Notes: generated by a model not told the origin, from the sequence alone. Positions 19,508 to 29,732 are shown, counted from the stretch's first letter. The stretch is DNA of 64,000 nt from an uncultured Flavobacteriales bacterium (GCA_913058295.1 CAJXRD010000007.1:15771-79770), one strand, 5' to 3'. Made by a program: numbers and translations.

Positions 19508-20614
19508 ATGAAAACTACATCCATCTTAAAAAATCTTCTAGGAGTAATAATTATATCTTTATTATTATTTCAGACCAAATCCTTTGCACAAACCTTGGAA
19601 TCAAAAATGGATAGTTTACTTGCTGCCAAGTATCTACCATCAGATCCTGGAGGGGTTTTCTTGATTGCAAAAAATGGGAAACCAGTCTATAAAAAAGCTT
19701 TTGGAATGGCTAATATGGAATTAGAAGCGCCTTTAAAAACAGAGCATGTTTTTGAAATAGGATCTATGACCAAGCAATTTACAGCGGTTTCCATACTAAT
19801 GTTATTAGAACAAGGCAAATTAGACTTGAATGATGAAATCACAAAATACATACCCGATTATCCAACTCAGGGAAAAACCATTACCATTCATCATTTGTTA
19901 AACCATACTTCAGGAATTAAAAGCTATACCAGTGTTAAGGGCTTAATGGGTATTGCAAAAACAGATCTAACACCAATCGAACTCATTGATTTCTTTAAAA
20001 ACGAACCCATGGATTTTTCTCCAGGAGAAAAATTTAAATACAATAATTCTGGCTATATTATTTTGGGATATATCATCGAGTCCGTATCCGAAATGAGTTA
20101 TGGGGATTTTGTGGAAGAAAATATATTTAAAAAATTAAATATGAGCTCTTCCTATTATGCCAGTCATAGAAAAGTTTTTAAAAATAGAGTTTCAGGATAT
20201 CACCAACGAGATGGATTTACTAATGCCATGCATATAAGCTATACCCTACCCTATGCAGCTGGTTCCTTATTATCAAATGTTGACGATATGTTGCTATGGC
20301 AAAATGCATTAAGAGATAATACATTAGTAAGCAAAACCATTTTAGATAAGGCATTTACTAACTATACCCTAAATAATAATGAAGCTACCAACTATGGTTA
20401 TGGTTGGCATATAAAAGAAATTAATGAGACGAAAAGCTATCAGCATGGAGGAAGTATTTTTGGTTTTAAATCTATGGGTGTTTATCTCCCGGATGAAGAT
20501 ATTTATGTAATTGGATTAAATAATTGTGACTGTAATTCCCCTACAAAAATCACAAAGGAAATTGCAGAGTTATATCTTAATGAACTGAATAACAATCTAA
20601 GTAGCAAAAATTAA
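19508..20614 (+). CDS. Secreted serine hydrolase (beta-lactamase/AmpC family)
   Basis: Signal peptide, SxxK (SMTK), YxN (YNN), LLNHTSG, HGG. Confidence 0.92.
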   Translation: MKTTSILKNLLGVIIISLLLFQTKSFAQTLESKMDSLLAAKYLPSDPGGVFLIAKNGKPVYKKAFGMANMELEAPLKTEHVFEIGSMTKQFTAVSILMLLEQGKLDLNDEITKYIPDYPTQGKTITIHHLLNHTSGIKSYTSVKGLMGIAKTDLTPIELIDFFKNEPMDFSPGEKFKYNNSGYIILGYIIESVSEMSYGDFVEENIFKKLNMSSSYYASHRKVFKNRVSGYHQRDGFTNAMHISYTLPYAAGSLLSNVDDMLLWQNALRDNTLVSKTILDKAFTNYTLNNNEATNYGYGWHIKEINETKSYQHGGSIFGFKSMGVYLPDEDIYVIGLNNCDCNSPTKITKEIAELYLNELNNNLSSKN

Positions 20615-20709
20615 ATTTAACTTTATTATTGAAAAAGGTAATTGGAATGTTTTAGTATGGGATTGGAATAAAAAGTTGCAGGATTATTATTATCTTTAAT
20701 TTTAATTAA

Positions 20710-20738
20710 GAAGCCACATATACTGTGGCTTCCTTTTT
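20710..20738 (+). terminator. Intrinsic terminator
   Basis: GAAGCCACA, loop, TGTGGCTTC, then CTTTTT. Confidence 0.8.
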
Positions 20739-20786
20739 AAAATCAATAAACTAAATGCTTTTATCTAAGTTCCAGAACAATATAAA

Positions 20787-21371
20787 ATGAATACCAAACC
20801 CCTATTAGATTATATTAGTAAATACATCACTTTAACTGATGAGGAAGAAGTTTTTTTTATTTCAAAACTAACTTATAGAAAATATCTAAAGGGGCAATAT
20901 ATTGTTCAACAGGGAGACATCTGTGACAAAACTAGTTTTCTAATTTCAGGTTGTTCAAAGACATTTTATGTGGATGACAAGGGTCAAGAACATATTGTAT
21001 TGTTTGCTATAGAAGATTGGTGGGTATCCGATATTGGAAGTTTTATAACACAGACCCCTGCAGATTATAATGTCCAATGTATCGAAAACACAGAATTTAT
21101 TCAGTTTTCATATCAAGATCAAGAGTTATTATTAGATAAGATTCCAAAATTGGAACGCTTGTTTAGAAAAATGATTGAAAAGGCTTTAGTATCCACACAA
21201 AAAAGAATTGTTAGAGGATTTAGTTTAAATGCCAAAGAACAATATCTCTATTTTAAACAGCATTACCCTACTATCGAACAGCGTGTTCCACAATATATGA
21301 TTGCCTCTTATCTTGGAATTACAAAAGAATTTTTAAGTAAAATTAAAAGCCAAATCCTTCTCGAGCAATAA
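20787..21371 (+). CDS. Crp/Fnr family transcriptional regulator
   Basis: cNMP-binding beta-roll (YIVQQGDIC..FLISG) and C-terminal HTH IASYLGITKEFLSKIK. Confidence 0.92.
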   Translation: MNTKPLLDYISKYITLTDEEEVFFISKLTYRKYLKGQYIVQQGDICDKTSFLISGCSKTFYVDDKGQEHIVLFAIEDWWVSDIGSFITQTPADYNVQCIENTEFIQFSYQDQELLLDKIPKLERLFRKMIEKALVSTQKRIVRGFSLNAKEQYLYFKQHYPTIEQRVPQYMIASYLGITKEFLSKIKSQILLEQ

Positions 21372-21391
21372 ATGTTAATCTAGATTAACAT
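21372..21391. promoter_or_regulatory. Perfect 20-bp palindrome ATGTTAATCTAGATTAACAT, candidate operator of the Crp/Fnr regulator
   Basis: Exact dyad starting immediately after the regulator stop codon and upstream of the YceI gene. Confidence 0.6.
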
Positions 21392-21495
21392 GATTTTATA
21401 ATCTACTTTAATCCATATTTAAATAATGTTGCAGACATTTGCATCATAATAGTTAACACTATAAAATTTAAATAAATAATAATAAAATCAACAAA

Positions 21496-22074
21496 ATGAA
21501 AAACAATTTAAAAAATTTAGCTGCTATAGCAATCGTTGCTCTTATAGCATTTTCTTTTACTACTATTGAAGACACAAGAAAAGATATTAAATTAGAAAAC
21601 AGCGAAGTGAACTGGAAAGCATTTAAAGTTACTGGATCTCATGAAGGCACAATATCTTTAAAATCAGGATTTTTAACTTTTAAGGAAGAAGTTTTAACTG
21701 GTGGAGAATTTGTGATTGATATGACTTCTATTGCTTGTACAGATTTGGAAGGTGAATACAAAGGTAAATTAGAAGGACATTTAAAGTCTGATGATTTCTT
21801 TGGTGTGGAGGGGAATCCTACATCTACTTTAGTGATTACGAAGGTAAAATCTAACGGTAAAAATTCATACGAAGTAACTGGAGATCTTACCATTAAAGGA
21901 AAAACCAACCCAATTACTTTTGATTTCTCTGTTTACGGTCAAAAAGCAAGTGCTTCTTTAAAAATTGATAGAGCTTTATTTGATGTAAAATATGGTTCTA
22001 CTAGCTTCTTTGAAGGATTAAAAGACAAAGCAATTTATGATGAGTTTGATTTAAATGTAGCATTAGAGTTCTAG
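21496..22074 (+). CDS. YceI family lipid/polyisoprenoid-binding protein
   Basis: Signal peptide, SEVNWKAFKVTGSHEG, LEGHLKSDDFF, GDLTIKG, IDR. Confidence 0.93.
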   Translation: MKNNLKNLAAIAIVALIAFSFTTIEDTRKDIKLENSEVNWKAFKVTGSHEGTISLKSGFLTFKEEVLTGGEFVIDMTSIACTDLEGEYKGKLEGHLKSDDFFGVEGNPTSTLVITKVKSNGKNSYEVTGDLTIKGKTNPITFDFSVYGQKASASLKIDRALFDVKYGSTSFFEGLKDKAIYDEFDLNVALEF

Positions 22075-22105
22075 TAACAGCATTTTATATATTTATAGTT
22101 AGTTT

Positions 22106-22136
22106 AAAGCGCAAGTCAATTGACTTGCGCTTTTTT
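22106..22136 (+). terminator. Intrinsic terminator
   Basis: Perfect palindrome AAAGCGCAAGTCAATTGACTTGCGCTTT followed by a T run. Confidence 0.85.
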
Positions 22137-22175
22137 ATTATCTTTCGTTTCTCAAAAATTTAGAAGAAATAAAGA

Positions 22176-22601
22176 ATGATACGCAAACATACTCCTGAAG
22201 ATTTAGATTCAATTATGAATATCTGGTTGCACTCCTCTACTCTAGCCCATCCCTTTTTAGATGCTACTTTTGTAGATAAAGTAAACCATGATATGAGAAC
22301 GATGTATATCCCTGGATCTGAAACTTGGGTTTATATAGAAGACAACACCATCGTTGGTTTTATAAGCATGATTGGAAATGAAATTGGAGGATTATTTGTT
22401 TTACCAAATCACCACTCCAAAGGAATAGGATCACAATTAGTCAACTTTATAAAAGGATTCCATGAAGAATTGGAGGTAGAAGTTTTTGAAAAGAATGTAA
22501 TAGGAAGAGCTTTTTACGACAAATATGGTTTTAAACTATTGAATACCTATATGCATGATCAAAGTAATCAGGAGGTGATGCGCTTAAAATTTAACTATTA
22601 A
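22176..22601 (+). CDS. GNAT family N-acetyltransferase (YjaB/YiaC-like)
   Basis: FVLPNHHSKGIGSQL acetyl-CoA motif and N..GRAFYDKYGF. Confidence 0.9.
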   Translation: MIRKHTPEDLDSIMNIWLHSSTLAHPFLDATFVDKVNHDMRTMYIPGSETWVYIEDNTIVGFISMIGNEIGGLFVLPNHHSKGIGSQLVNFIKGFHEELEVEVFEKNVIGRAFYDKYGFKLLNTYMHDQSNQEVMRLKFNY

Positions 22602-22745
22602 AATAGATAGATTAAAAAAATAGTCTCCAGCTTTCTATTTATAGATTTCACATGAGTTTTCTTAAAGTTCACATGATTTATTTTGCATCCCAATCATAGC
22701 CATAACCAAAATATTAATTAACAACTTGTATCCTATAAGCCGAGA

Positions 22746-24176
22746 CTAATTGCTCATTTTATTTTTATAATTTCCACCTTCTTTATATCGATACACTTTT
22801 CCACTTCTATCTCTTTCAAAGACAAACTTAGCTCCTAACTCTCCATTTTCTTTTATTTGAATAAAAGTATCCTTCTCTAAGTATTTATAAAATTGCATTC
22901 CTCTTTTTGGAGAATTCTCAGGTAATTGCAAAACCACTAAATCTTCTCCCCAACTAGAAATGTACACTTCACTATTCCAAGGATTCATATCATAATACCC
23001 AGTATAATCTTCTAATCGGTATTCATTTTCAGGTTTTTCTATTGTAAGTTTTGCTCTTTCTAAAATTTGTTTGATCCCATTTGAATATTTAAAAGTTGCT
23101 ACTCTATTAGCATTTACCATAATCACAACAGCCATTTTTGTGCTTAGATTTAATTGTAGTAAAGACACAAAACCTGGACAAGTACCGCCGTGCGACACCC
23201 AATCATCACCATTCGAGCTTTTTATAACCTCAAAGCCAAGCCCCCAAGTAGAATATCCATCTTTACTAGTGATTTTTGCTTGATGCATGGTTTTTAAAGT
23301 TGCAGATTTTAAAACTTCTGTTGTATTAGCATCTTGCAATCGAAACTGCCATGAAGCATATTTTCCTAAATCTGAAATAGATGACCATAGACCCATAGCT
23401 GGAGTCATAGCTTTAGTTTCAAATAGATTTACGTTATTACGGTTTCTATTTCTATTTATGGCTGTATAACCACTAGCCTGCTTATTATTATCTATTATTG
23501 AATTAGCTCCTATAAAAGTATTGTTCATTTTTAATGGAAGTAATACTTCATTCATGAGGTAAGTTTCATAAGGCATTCCTGAAACTTTTTCTATTATTTC
23601 GCCTAATAAGGCATAGCCTATATTGCTATAACTAACATCTGACCCTACTTCACTTTCAGTCTCTAAATCCTTAAAAATGGAACGAAATTCATTTTGTGAA
23701 GGAAAATTAAATTTGGGACCACTAAAATAACTATGTATTGTATTTCCTGGTAAACCCGATGAATGAGAAAGTAAAGATCCTATGGTAATTGCTCCGCCTT
23801 CCGGAAAATTTTGTTGAACTTTATAAAAAGGCAATAAATCTTTTACTTCATCTTCTAAGTGAAGTTTACCTTCGTCAACCAATTTCATAATTGCTACAGC
23901 AGTAAATGATTTTGTAATAGAACAAATACTACATATTGAGGATAAGTTTATATTCTTATTTTGTTCAATATTGGCTTTTCCAAAAGCACCAGCCCAAGCT
24001 ATTTCTTGATCATCAATAACCATAGCAATCATCCCTGGAATTCCTTCAAAATCTTTTTGAGCCTCCAACCAGACTTCTATTAATTTAAAAGCATCTTCAT
24101 AATTTTTTTTGTTTTCTTGAGAGATTCCTTGAATTGAAATAAAAAGGAAAATTATAAGTATGGCAAACTGTTTCAT
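22746..24176 (-). CDS. Secreted serine hydrolase (beta-lactamase family) with C-terminal extension
   Basis: Signal peptide, SITK, LLSHSSG, YSN, SHGG. Confidence 0.9.
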   Translation of the reverse strand: MKQFAILIIFLFISIQGISQENKKNYEDAFKLIEVWLEAQKDFEGIPGMIAMVIDDQEIAWAGAFGKANIEQNKNINLSSICSICSITKSFTAVAIMKLVDEGKLHLEDEVKDLLPFYKVQQNFPEGGAITIGSLLSHSSGLPGNTIHSYFSGPKFNFPSQNEFRSIFKDLETESEVGSDVSYSNIGYALLGEIIEKVSGMPYETYLMNEVLLPLKMNNTFIGANSIIDNNKQASGYTAINRNRNRNNVNLFETKAMTPAMGLWSSISDLGKYASWQFRLQDANTTEVLKSATLKTMHQAKITSKDGYSTWGLGFEVIKSSNGDDWVSHGGTCPGFVSLLQLNLSTKMAVVIMVNANRVATFKYSNGIKQILERAKLTIEKPENEYRLEDYTGYYDMNPWNSEVYISSWGEDLVVLQLPENSPKRGMQFYKYLEKDTFIQIKENGELGAKFVFERDRSGKVYRYKEGGNYKNKMSN

Positions 24177-24225
24177 ATATAAATGTTTTTATATTGATTA
24201 TTTTGTTATTAATAAATTTGATAGG

Positions 24226-24249
24226 ATACTAAGAAGGATTTCTTAGTAT
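24226..24249. other. Perfect 10-bp hairpin/dyad ATACTAAGAA-GGAT-TTCTTAGTAT in an intergenic gap
   Basis: Directly visible. Lacks a U-tail on the minus strand, so it could be an operator or a weak terminator. Confidence 0.4.
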
Positions 24250-24270
24250 TTAAAAAAAGGAAATATACTT

Positions 24271-25632
24271 TTATAAACTTTTAATTCTTAAATTTTCCCA
24301 AGGAATATCATAAATCTGCATGACACTCGAAAGGGATTTTATTTTCACAAAAGGAACATTATTTTTTAATGGTGAGTTATTTATTATCTGCTTTCTAGGG
24401 TTGTTCTCTAGAGTTTTTAAAGAAAATTTTTCTGGGTGAATTAACTTAGACTCTATTCCTTCATATTGCAAGTTATAAATACTATCAGGTAGTTTTACCC
24501 AAACCTTTTTACTATCCTCTACATCAATATTGATATATTTTACTTTAGAAGAAACTGCAACACTCAGCATTTTAAAATTTCCTTGGGCATCGATACTTTC
24601 GGTAATATTATCAATAGATACTGTTGAAGTATTGGATATTATATGCATGTTTTTCACTTCATTTATCAATACAAAGTCTGAAAATAAAACATCAAGTTTT
24701 CCATTATTCCATTGATTAATTTCAAAGTTGGAATACGATCCCTTTATGGAAGTATTGATTCCATTAATCTTATTTGCTTGAAATAACACATAATTTAAAT
24801 CTGCTTCTAGGTTTTTGATTTCTTCAGAAAACACCACTTTACCATGCCTTACATTAATACGAAGTTTGGCATTTCTTGGAATTTTTATTTTTAGTGTTTT
24901 TTGGACAATTGCTCGTTTTGTTGATAAGGCACGTACATTTGTTGATGGTAGCTTACTCTTGCTTTTAAGTGTTGCTTTATTTACAATTTCTGGTTGTGTA
25001 TCTAGACTCGGCAAAGGTTCTTTTTTAGGTTTTCTTAATAGTATTCTCTCTTCCTTTGTCTTGTTATAGAACCGCCTTCCAATTTTTTCATTATTCTCTT
25101 TCTCCCACTGTTCTATATAAGTATTGCCTTTTTCTATATATGTATCAAAATCAAATTCTCCTTGGCTTTTGGACTCTTCATTATAATTCTTATTGTGATT
25201 GAGTGTTGAACTTCCCATACCCTTTTTTAAGGCTTCTATTTCTATTTTGGTAGTATTTAATTCCTCTGTATTTAAAAAATATCCTTCATAATATCCATGT
25301 TTTTTTAAATCAATATCTGTATTATTATTAGAAAAGGAACTTATCACTATTTTATTTTCATTTTTTTCAGAATTAAAATTCCACTCATAAAAATATGCTT
25401 CCACTTCTTTTTGGGATAAACCTTCTACCTCTAATAATGCTTCTACTATAACTACATCTTTGTCTGTTAATTCAAATTCTACATTGGTATACTTACTATC
25501 AAGCTCTATACTAACATTTTGATCAACTTGATACTCCTGCTGTTTCGATTTGCTTATCACCTGCCCAGAGGCATTTGTAATAATTACTACTAATGCTAAA
25601 ATTAGGAATATATTTCTTTTAAATAGTTTCAT
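24271..25632 (-). CDS. Hypothetical secreted protein of the ECF sigma cluster (adhesin/DUF4097-like beta-rich C-terminus)
   Basis: Signal peptide and LKIKIPRNAKLRINVRHG segment. Third gene of the overlapping sigma/anti-sigma cluster. Confidence 0.65.
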   Translation of the reverse strand: MKLFKRNIFLILALVVIITNASGQVISKSKQQEYQVDQNVSIELDSKYTNVEFELTDKDVVIVEALLEVEGLSQKEVEAYFYEWNFNSEKNENKIVISSFSNNNTDIDLKKHGYYEGYFLNTEELNTTKIEIEALKKGMGSSTLNHNKNYNEESKSQGEFDFDTYIEKGNTYIEQWEKENNEKIGRRFYNKTKEERILLRKPKKEPLPSLDTQPEIVNKATLKSKSKLPSTNVRALSTKRAIVQKTLKIKIPRNAKLRINVRHGKVVFSEEIKNLEADLNYVLFQANKINGINTSIKGSYSNFEINQWNNGKLDVLFSDFVLINEVKNMHIISNTSTVSIDNITESIDAQGNFKMLSVAVSSKVKYINIDVEDSKKVWVKLPDSIYNLQYEGIESKLIHPEKFSLKTLENNPRKQIINNSPLKNNVPFVKIKSLSSVMQIYDIPWENLRIKSL

Positions 25633-26161
25633 GTTCTTTATTGTTTAATGGGATCATTTCAGTTTTTAATGTTTGCAATAATTCTAATTGCATTTTTAAG
25701 TTATTTATCAAAGCGTTTATGCTTCTTGTATTAGGGCCTTCTTCATTTATTTCGATTACCAATTTTTTATATTCTCTTTTAAGAATTGAAAAACGATTCA
25801 TATATCGGTTAAAAATTGATTTGCCTTCCTTATTATCTTGTACCTCTAATAATGTGAGATTTATATTGGTTATATAGAAGTCTTCTATTTCTTCCAATTC
25901 TGGAGAAATAGCGCTCAAAATGAATTCAGATTGTATTGTTTTTTTATCTTGATTTATTGGATTAATTAATAAATATGAAGTGGTACCTAATGCTACAAAA
26001 AGCAATATGGATGCTGCAATTTTAAAAATTTCAAACGTATTGCGCTTTTTTACAGGTAATTCAGTATATAATCTTTCGATGAATAGATCTTCATGGTCCT
26101 TTCTTCGCGGATGATTTACTAAACGATCCTTTTCAAATAGTTTTTTAAGATTCTGTCCCAT
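25619..26161 (-). CDS. Putative anti-sigma factor (single TM helix)
   Basis: HEDLFIERL..L motif, IAASILLFVALG TM helix, helical C-terminus. Overlaps the ECF sigma stop. Confidence 0.65.
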   Translation of the reverse strand: MGQNLKKLFEKDRLVNHPRRKDHEDLFIERLYTELPVKKRNTFEIFKIAASILLFVALGTTSYLLINPINQDKKTIQSEFILSAISPELEEIEDFYITNINLTLLEVQDNKEGKSIFNRYMNRFSILKREYKKLVIEINEEGPNTRSINALINNLKMQLELLQTLKTEMIPLNNKEHETI

Positions 26162-26696
26162 ATCCTTTTTGTTTTAATAATTCTCTTAATTTAATTTTTC
26201 CTCGCATAAGTTGTGTTCTGGAAGCTATTATAGAAATATTCAAAATTTGTGAAATCTCTTCATGATCATATCCTTCTATTAAATAGAGCATCACTACAAA
26301 TTTGTATTTATCTGGAAGTTTGCTTATTTCTGTTTTAACATCTTCTAAAACTAGTTCTTCCTCAAAATTCCAGTTGTCATCATTATCCCCTTCAAAAGGA
26401 ATTACATTTACTTCTTCTAAAGCAACCACTTCCAACTGTTTCTTTTTTAAGTGATTTATGCAATTGTTTACAACGATTTTTTTTAGCCATGCGCCAAAAG
26501 TCACCTCTGCTTTAAACTGAGAGATATTTTTAAATGCGCTTAAAAAGGATTCTTGAATTATATCTTCGGCATTTTCTGAGTTCTTTAAAAATCGAATTGC
26601 TACATTATACATCCCTTGGTTATAATTCCTGTATAGCTCAATTTGAGCACGCTTGTTATTTAATTTACATTCTTTTATTAAATGAATATGTTGCAT
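26145..26696 (-). CDS. ECF RNA polymerase sigma factor
   Basis: AEDIIQESFLSAF, FGAWLKKIVVN (region 2), LPDKYKFVVMLYLIEGYDHEEISQIL (region 4). Confidence 0.95.
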   Translation of the reverse strand: MQHIHLIKECKLNNKRAQIELYRNYNQGMYNVAIRFLKNSENAEDIIQESFLSAFKNISQFKAEVTFGAWLKKIVVNNCINHLKKKQLEVVALEEVNVIPFEGDNDDNWNFEEELVLEDVKTEISKLPDKYKFVVMLYLIEGYDHEEISQILNISIIASRTQLMRGKIKLRELLKQKGYGTES

Positions 26697-26743
26697 ATTG
26701 GTTTGCTAATTTGTTCGATATAAAAACACTTCCTATTAAGAAA

Positions 26744-26769
26744 GACAGCGCATAATTTAATGCGTTGCA
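26744..26769 (-). promoter_or_regulatory. Candidate autoregulatory ECF promoter (TGCAAC-N16-TGTC)
   Basis: Minus strand reads TGCAAC gcattaaattatgcgc TGTC, about 50 nt upstream of the sigma ATG. Confidence 0.5.
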
Positions 26770-26862
26770 AAAAAATGTAAAATAGTTCTATTTTTAATGT
26801 ATCTTTTGTAATTCAAGGCATAGTAATAAAAAGAAAAACAACTATTTATCTTCTTAAAAAAA

Positions 26863-28239
26863 CTAATTTTTAAATAGCAATGAAAAGGAAGTGTATTTAC
26901 CAACTTCAGAGCTGACCAATAAATTCCCACCATGTTTCTTTAATATGTTCTTAGAAAGGCTTAAACCTATTCCAGATCCATTCTTTTTTGTAGTATAAAA
27001 TGGAATGAATACCTGATTCATAATTTGTTCTTCGATTCCTATTCCATTATCGGTAAGTTGAAGCATCTTTTTATCTTTTAGCACTTCATAATTAAGAGTA
27101 ATCATAGGTGCTTCCCTACCCTGTAATGCGTGTATGCTATTATTAATAAGATTGATCAATACCTGTTCTATTAGCTTGCTATCTATTTCGATGCTAGCAT
27201 TTTTTGGAATCGGCAATATTTTTAAGTCGATGTTAGCTTTTTCTAAAGCAGGCTTCATTAGCAATTCTATACTCGATAAAAATTGTTTAACAATTACTTT
27301 TTGAGTCTTGGGTATAGGCACACTAGATATGGTTCTATAATCTTTTACAAATTCCAAGAGGCCTTCAGAACGTTTTTTAATGGTGGCAGCCGCCATATTA
27401 ATATCTTGAATGTCTTCATTATCCAATTGATCTGATCTTATCAATTCTCCTTTCTCATCTTCGGTTAAGGCTTTCATGGTAGAAGCCAAAGAACTTACTG
27501 GAGTAAAGGAATTGAGCATTTCATGAGCTAATATTCGAATTACATTATGCCAAGCTTCAATTTCCTTTTGTTCTATTTCGGAACGGATATCTTGAAAAGT
27601 AATAATTAAATATGGGATGTTTAATAATTGAATTTCTATAACCTCCAATGACAATTGTTTCCTTTCCGATTCATCTCCAAAATCGACTAAAGTTTTTCCT
27701 CCATCCGATAGTTTTTCAATCTCTTTAACTAACCATGACACTTGATTGGCTAAGCGATGCCAATATTTATGTTGTGGCTGCTGCAAAATATCACAGGCTG
27801 CTTTATTCAAAAATAAAATCTCTTCATTGGAAGTAGCATCGTATAAATCGTTCTTGTTAATGGAAATGATACCTAGATTTACATGTTCTAGGATATATTG
27901 AAAATATTTAAATTGGGCTTCTTTTTCAATTTTATTCCGTTTAAATATCTTGATAATCAGATTGAAATCATCGTATACTTTTACAAAGGAATCCCCTTTA
28001 TTGCTGGGTGAGAAATAAACCGAATAGTCTTCGTTTTTTAATGCTTCCAAGAATTTCACCAAAGAATAGTTGGTATTGTTCACATATCGAATTAAAAATG
28101 CGACCAAAAGAATTATGACTACCCCTATTCCAGCAGCAGAAAACCAAATCCCTTTTAATAAAAAGTGTGAGAAAAGTACACATAGTATTAGAATACTAAA
28201 AATTCGAAGGGCAACTTGTATGGTAAATCGTTTTATCAA
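26863..28239 (-). CDS. Sensor histidine kinase (NtrY-like)
   Basis: Two N-terminal TM helices, H-box LAHEMLNSFTP, N-box QVLINLINNS, DNGIGI, FIPFYTTK, GSGIGLS. Confidence 0.95.
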   Translation of the reverse strand: MIKRFTIQVALRIFSILILCVLFSHFLLKGIWFSAAGIGVVIILLVAFLIRYVNNTNYSLVKFLEALKNEDYSVYFSPSNKGDSFVKVYDDFNLIIKIFKRNKIEKEAQFKYFQYILEHVNLGIISINKNDLYDATSNEEILFLNKAACDILQQPQHKYWHRLANQVSWLVKEIEKLSDGGKTLVDFGDESERKQLSLEVIEIQLLNIPYLIITFQDIRSEIEQKEIEAWHNVIRILAHEMLNSFTPVSSLASTMKALTEDEKGELIRSDQLDNEDIQDINMAAATIKKRSEGLLEFVKDYRTISSVPIPKTQKVIVKQFLSSIELLMKPALEKANIDLKILPIPKNASIEIDSKLIEQVLINLINNSIHALQGREAPMITLNYEVLKDKKMLQLTDNGIGIEEQIMNQVFIPFYTTKKNGSGIGLSLSKNILKKHGGNLLVSSEVGKYTSFSLLFKN

Positions 28240-28250
28240 AATAAAAATTA

Positions 28251-29633
28251 TTATAGATTAAATTTTTCCAATCTGCGGTACAATGCAGCTCGAGTCAAGC
28301 CTAATTCTTTTGCAGCTTTCGAAATATTTCCTTCATATTTATCCAAAGCCTTTTGTACTAAAAGCTTTTCAATATCCTGAAGGTTTAAATTATCGTATTC
28401 ATTAGAATAATCCTTTGATTCCGGATTCTGGGTTGACAAATTAAAATCGGAAGGTTTAATTTCATGATCATCAGACATAATAACGCCACGTTCTATGGTA
28501 TGCTGAATTTCACGAACATTACCTGGCCATTTATGGTTTTGTAATATCGTTAAAGCTTCTTCATTTACTATTAAATGTGATTTATGGTATTTCTCTCTAA
28601 ACATTTGTAAATAGAGTTCTATAAAGTCTTTTATATCTTCAGGTCTTTGCCTCAATGGTGGAATGGTAATTTCAACCGTATTAATTCTAAACATCAAATC
28701 TTGCCTAAACTTCCCCTCTTCTACCCATTGATTTAATGGTGCATTGGTAGCAAACAAAAGTCTTGCATTAAAAGGACGCTCAATACCTTCTCCAAGCCTA
28801 GATACTTTACGATCTTGAAGAACGGTTAGCAACTTGGATTGTAAATTATAAGGAAGGTTTCCTATTTCATCCAGAAAAAGAGTACCGTTTTCTGCCATTT
28901 CAAAACGACCCGGTTTATCTTCCAAAGCATCAGTAAAAGCACCTTTCTTATGTCCAAAAAGTTCGCTTTCGAAAAGGTTTTCAGAAAGAGATCCTAAATC
29001 CACATGAATAAATGGTCCTTTAGAAAATACGGAACGTTTATGAATTTCTCTTGCAAGATGTTGTTTTCCAGTACCATTTTCACCTAAGATTAGAATACTA
29101 GCATCGGTAATACTAACCTTTTTTATGGTATTCATTACCTGTTTCATGGCTGGTGATCCTCCTATTATAGGGCCAAATTTTTGATCGTTATTATTTTGCA
29201 ATACTTCATTGGTATGTTCTAAAATTGCGATCTTTTTATTCGAATTGCTTAAAACTAATGCAGCATTAATAGTTGCCAAGAATTTTTCGTTGGACCAAGG
29301 TTTTAGGATAAAATCGAATGCCCCCATTTTAATGGCATTAACAGCCAACTCTACCTCTCCATAGGCGGTCATTAAGATAATCACCATTTGTGGATTGATA
29401 CTTAAAATATGCTTTAACCAATAAATGCCCTCTTTTCCATCATTAAATCCTATTCTATAATTCATATCCAAAACAATCACGTCGATATCTTCTTTAGATA
29501 TAATTTGATTGATCTCTTTAGGATTATTGCGGGTAATTACTTTTTCGAATTGTTTTTTCAATAATAGTTTTGCCGACAGTAAAACATCTTCATCGTCGTC
29601 AATAATTAATATGGTTGCATTGGTTTTTTGCAT
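28251..29633 (-). CDS. Sigma-54-dependent response regulator (NtrC family bEBP)
   Basis: Receiver domain (IIDDD, LDMN, MTAYG, KP), AAA+ GENGTGK, GAFTDA loop, FLDEIG, WPGNVRE, Fis-type HTH. Confidence 0.96.
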   Translation of the reverse strand: MQKTNATILIIDDDEDVLLSAKLLLKKQFEKVITRNNPKEINQIISKEDIDVIVLDMNYRIGFNDGKEGIYWLKHILSINPQMVIILMTAYGEVELAVNAIKMGAFDFILKPWSNEKFLATINAALVLSNSNKKIAILEHTNEVLQNNNDQKFGPIIGGSPAMKQVMNTIKKVSITDASILILGENGTGKQHLAREIHKRSVFSKGPFIHVDLGSLSENLFESELFGHKKGAFTDALEDKPGRFEMAENGTLFLDEIGNLPYNLQSKLLTVLQDRKVSRLGEGIERPFNARLLFATNAPLNQWVEEGKFRQDLMFRINTVEITIPPLRQRPEDIKDFIELYLQMFREKYHKSHLIVNEEALTILQNHKWPGNVREIQHTIERGVIMSDDHEIKPSDFNLSTQNPESKDYSNEYDNLNLQDIEKLLVQKALDKYEGNISKAAKELGLTRAALYRRLEKFNL

Positions 29634-29671
29634 TATTTAGAAATAATAAGAATTTTCACGAAAGTACAAAA

Positions 29672-29709
29672 TGTTCGATAATGAACAATAAAATGTCCGA
29701 AAATGAACA
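29672..29709. promoter_or_regulatory. Two tandem dyad enhancer (UAS) sites TGTTCGATAATGAACA and TGTCCGAAAATGAACA
   Basis: Sites at 29672-29687 and 29694-29709, 22 bp apart, between the bEBP gene and the sigma-54 box. Confidence 0.7.
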
Positions 29710-29732
29710 CTTCTATATTCTTGCTAAAATTA

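Noticed and set aside
20615-20705. Possible gene remnant (open stretch ..EKGNWNVLVWDWNKKLQDYYYL or a hydrophobic frame-shifted tail)
   Set aside because: No start codon and no recognisable family.
22620-22740. Short TTCACATGA direct repeat, an open minus-strand stretch (GYGYDWDAK...), and a 9-bp GTATCCTAT/ATAGGATAC inverted pair flanking the 22746-24176 gene
   Set aside because: Too short to exceed chance in AT-rich DNA. No start codon, transposase or attC structure.
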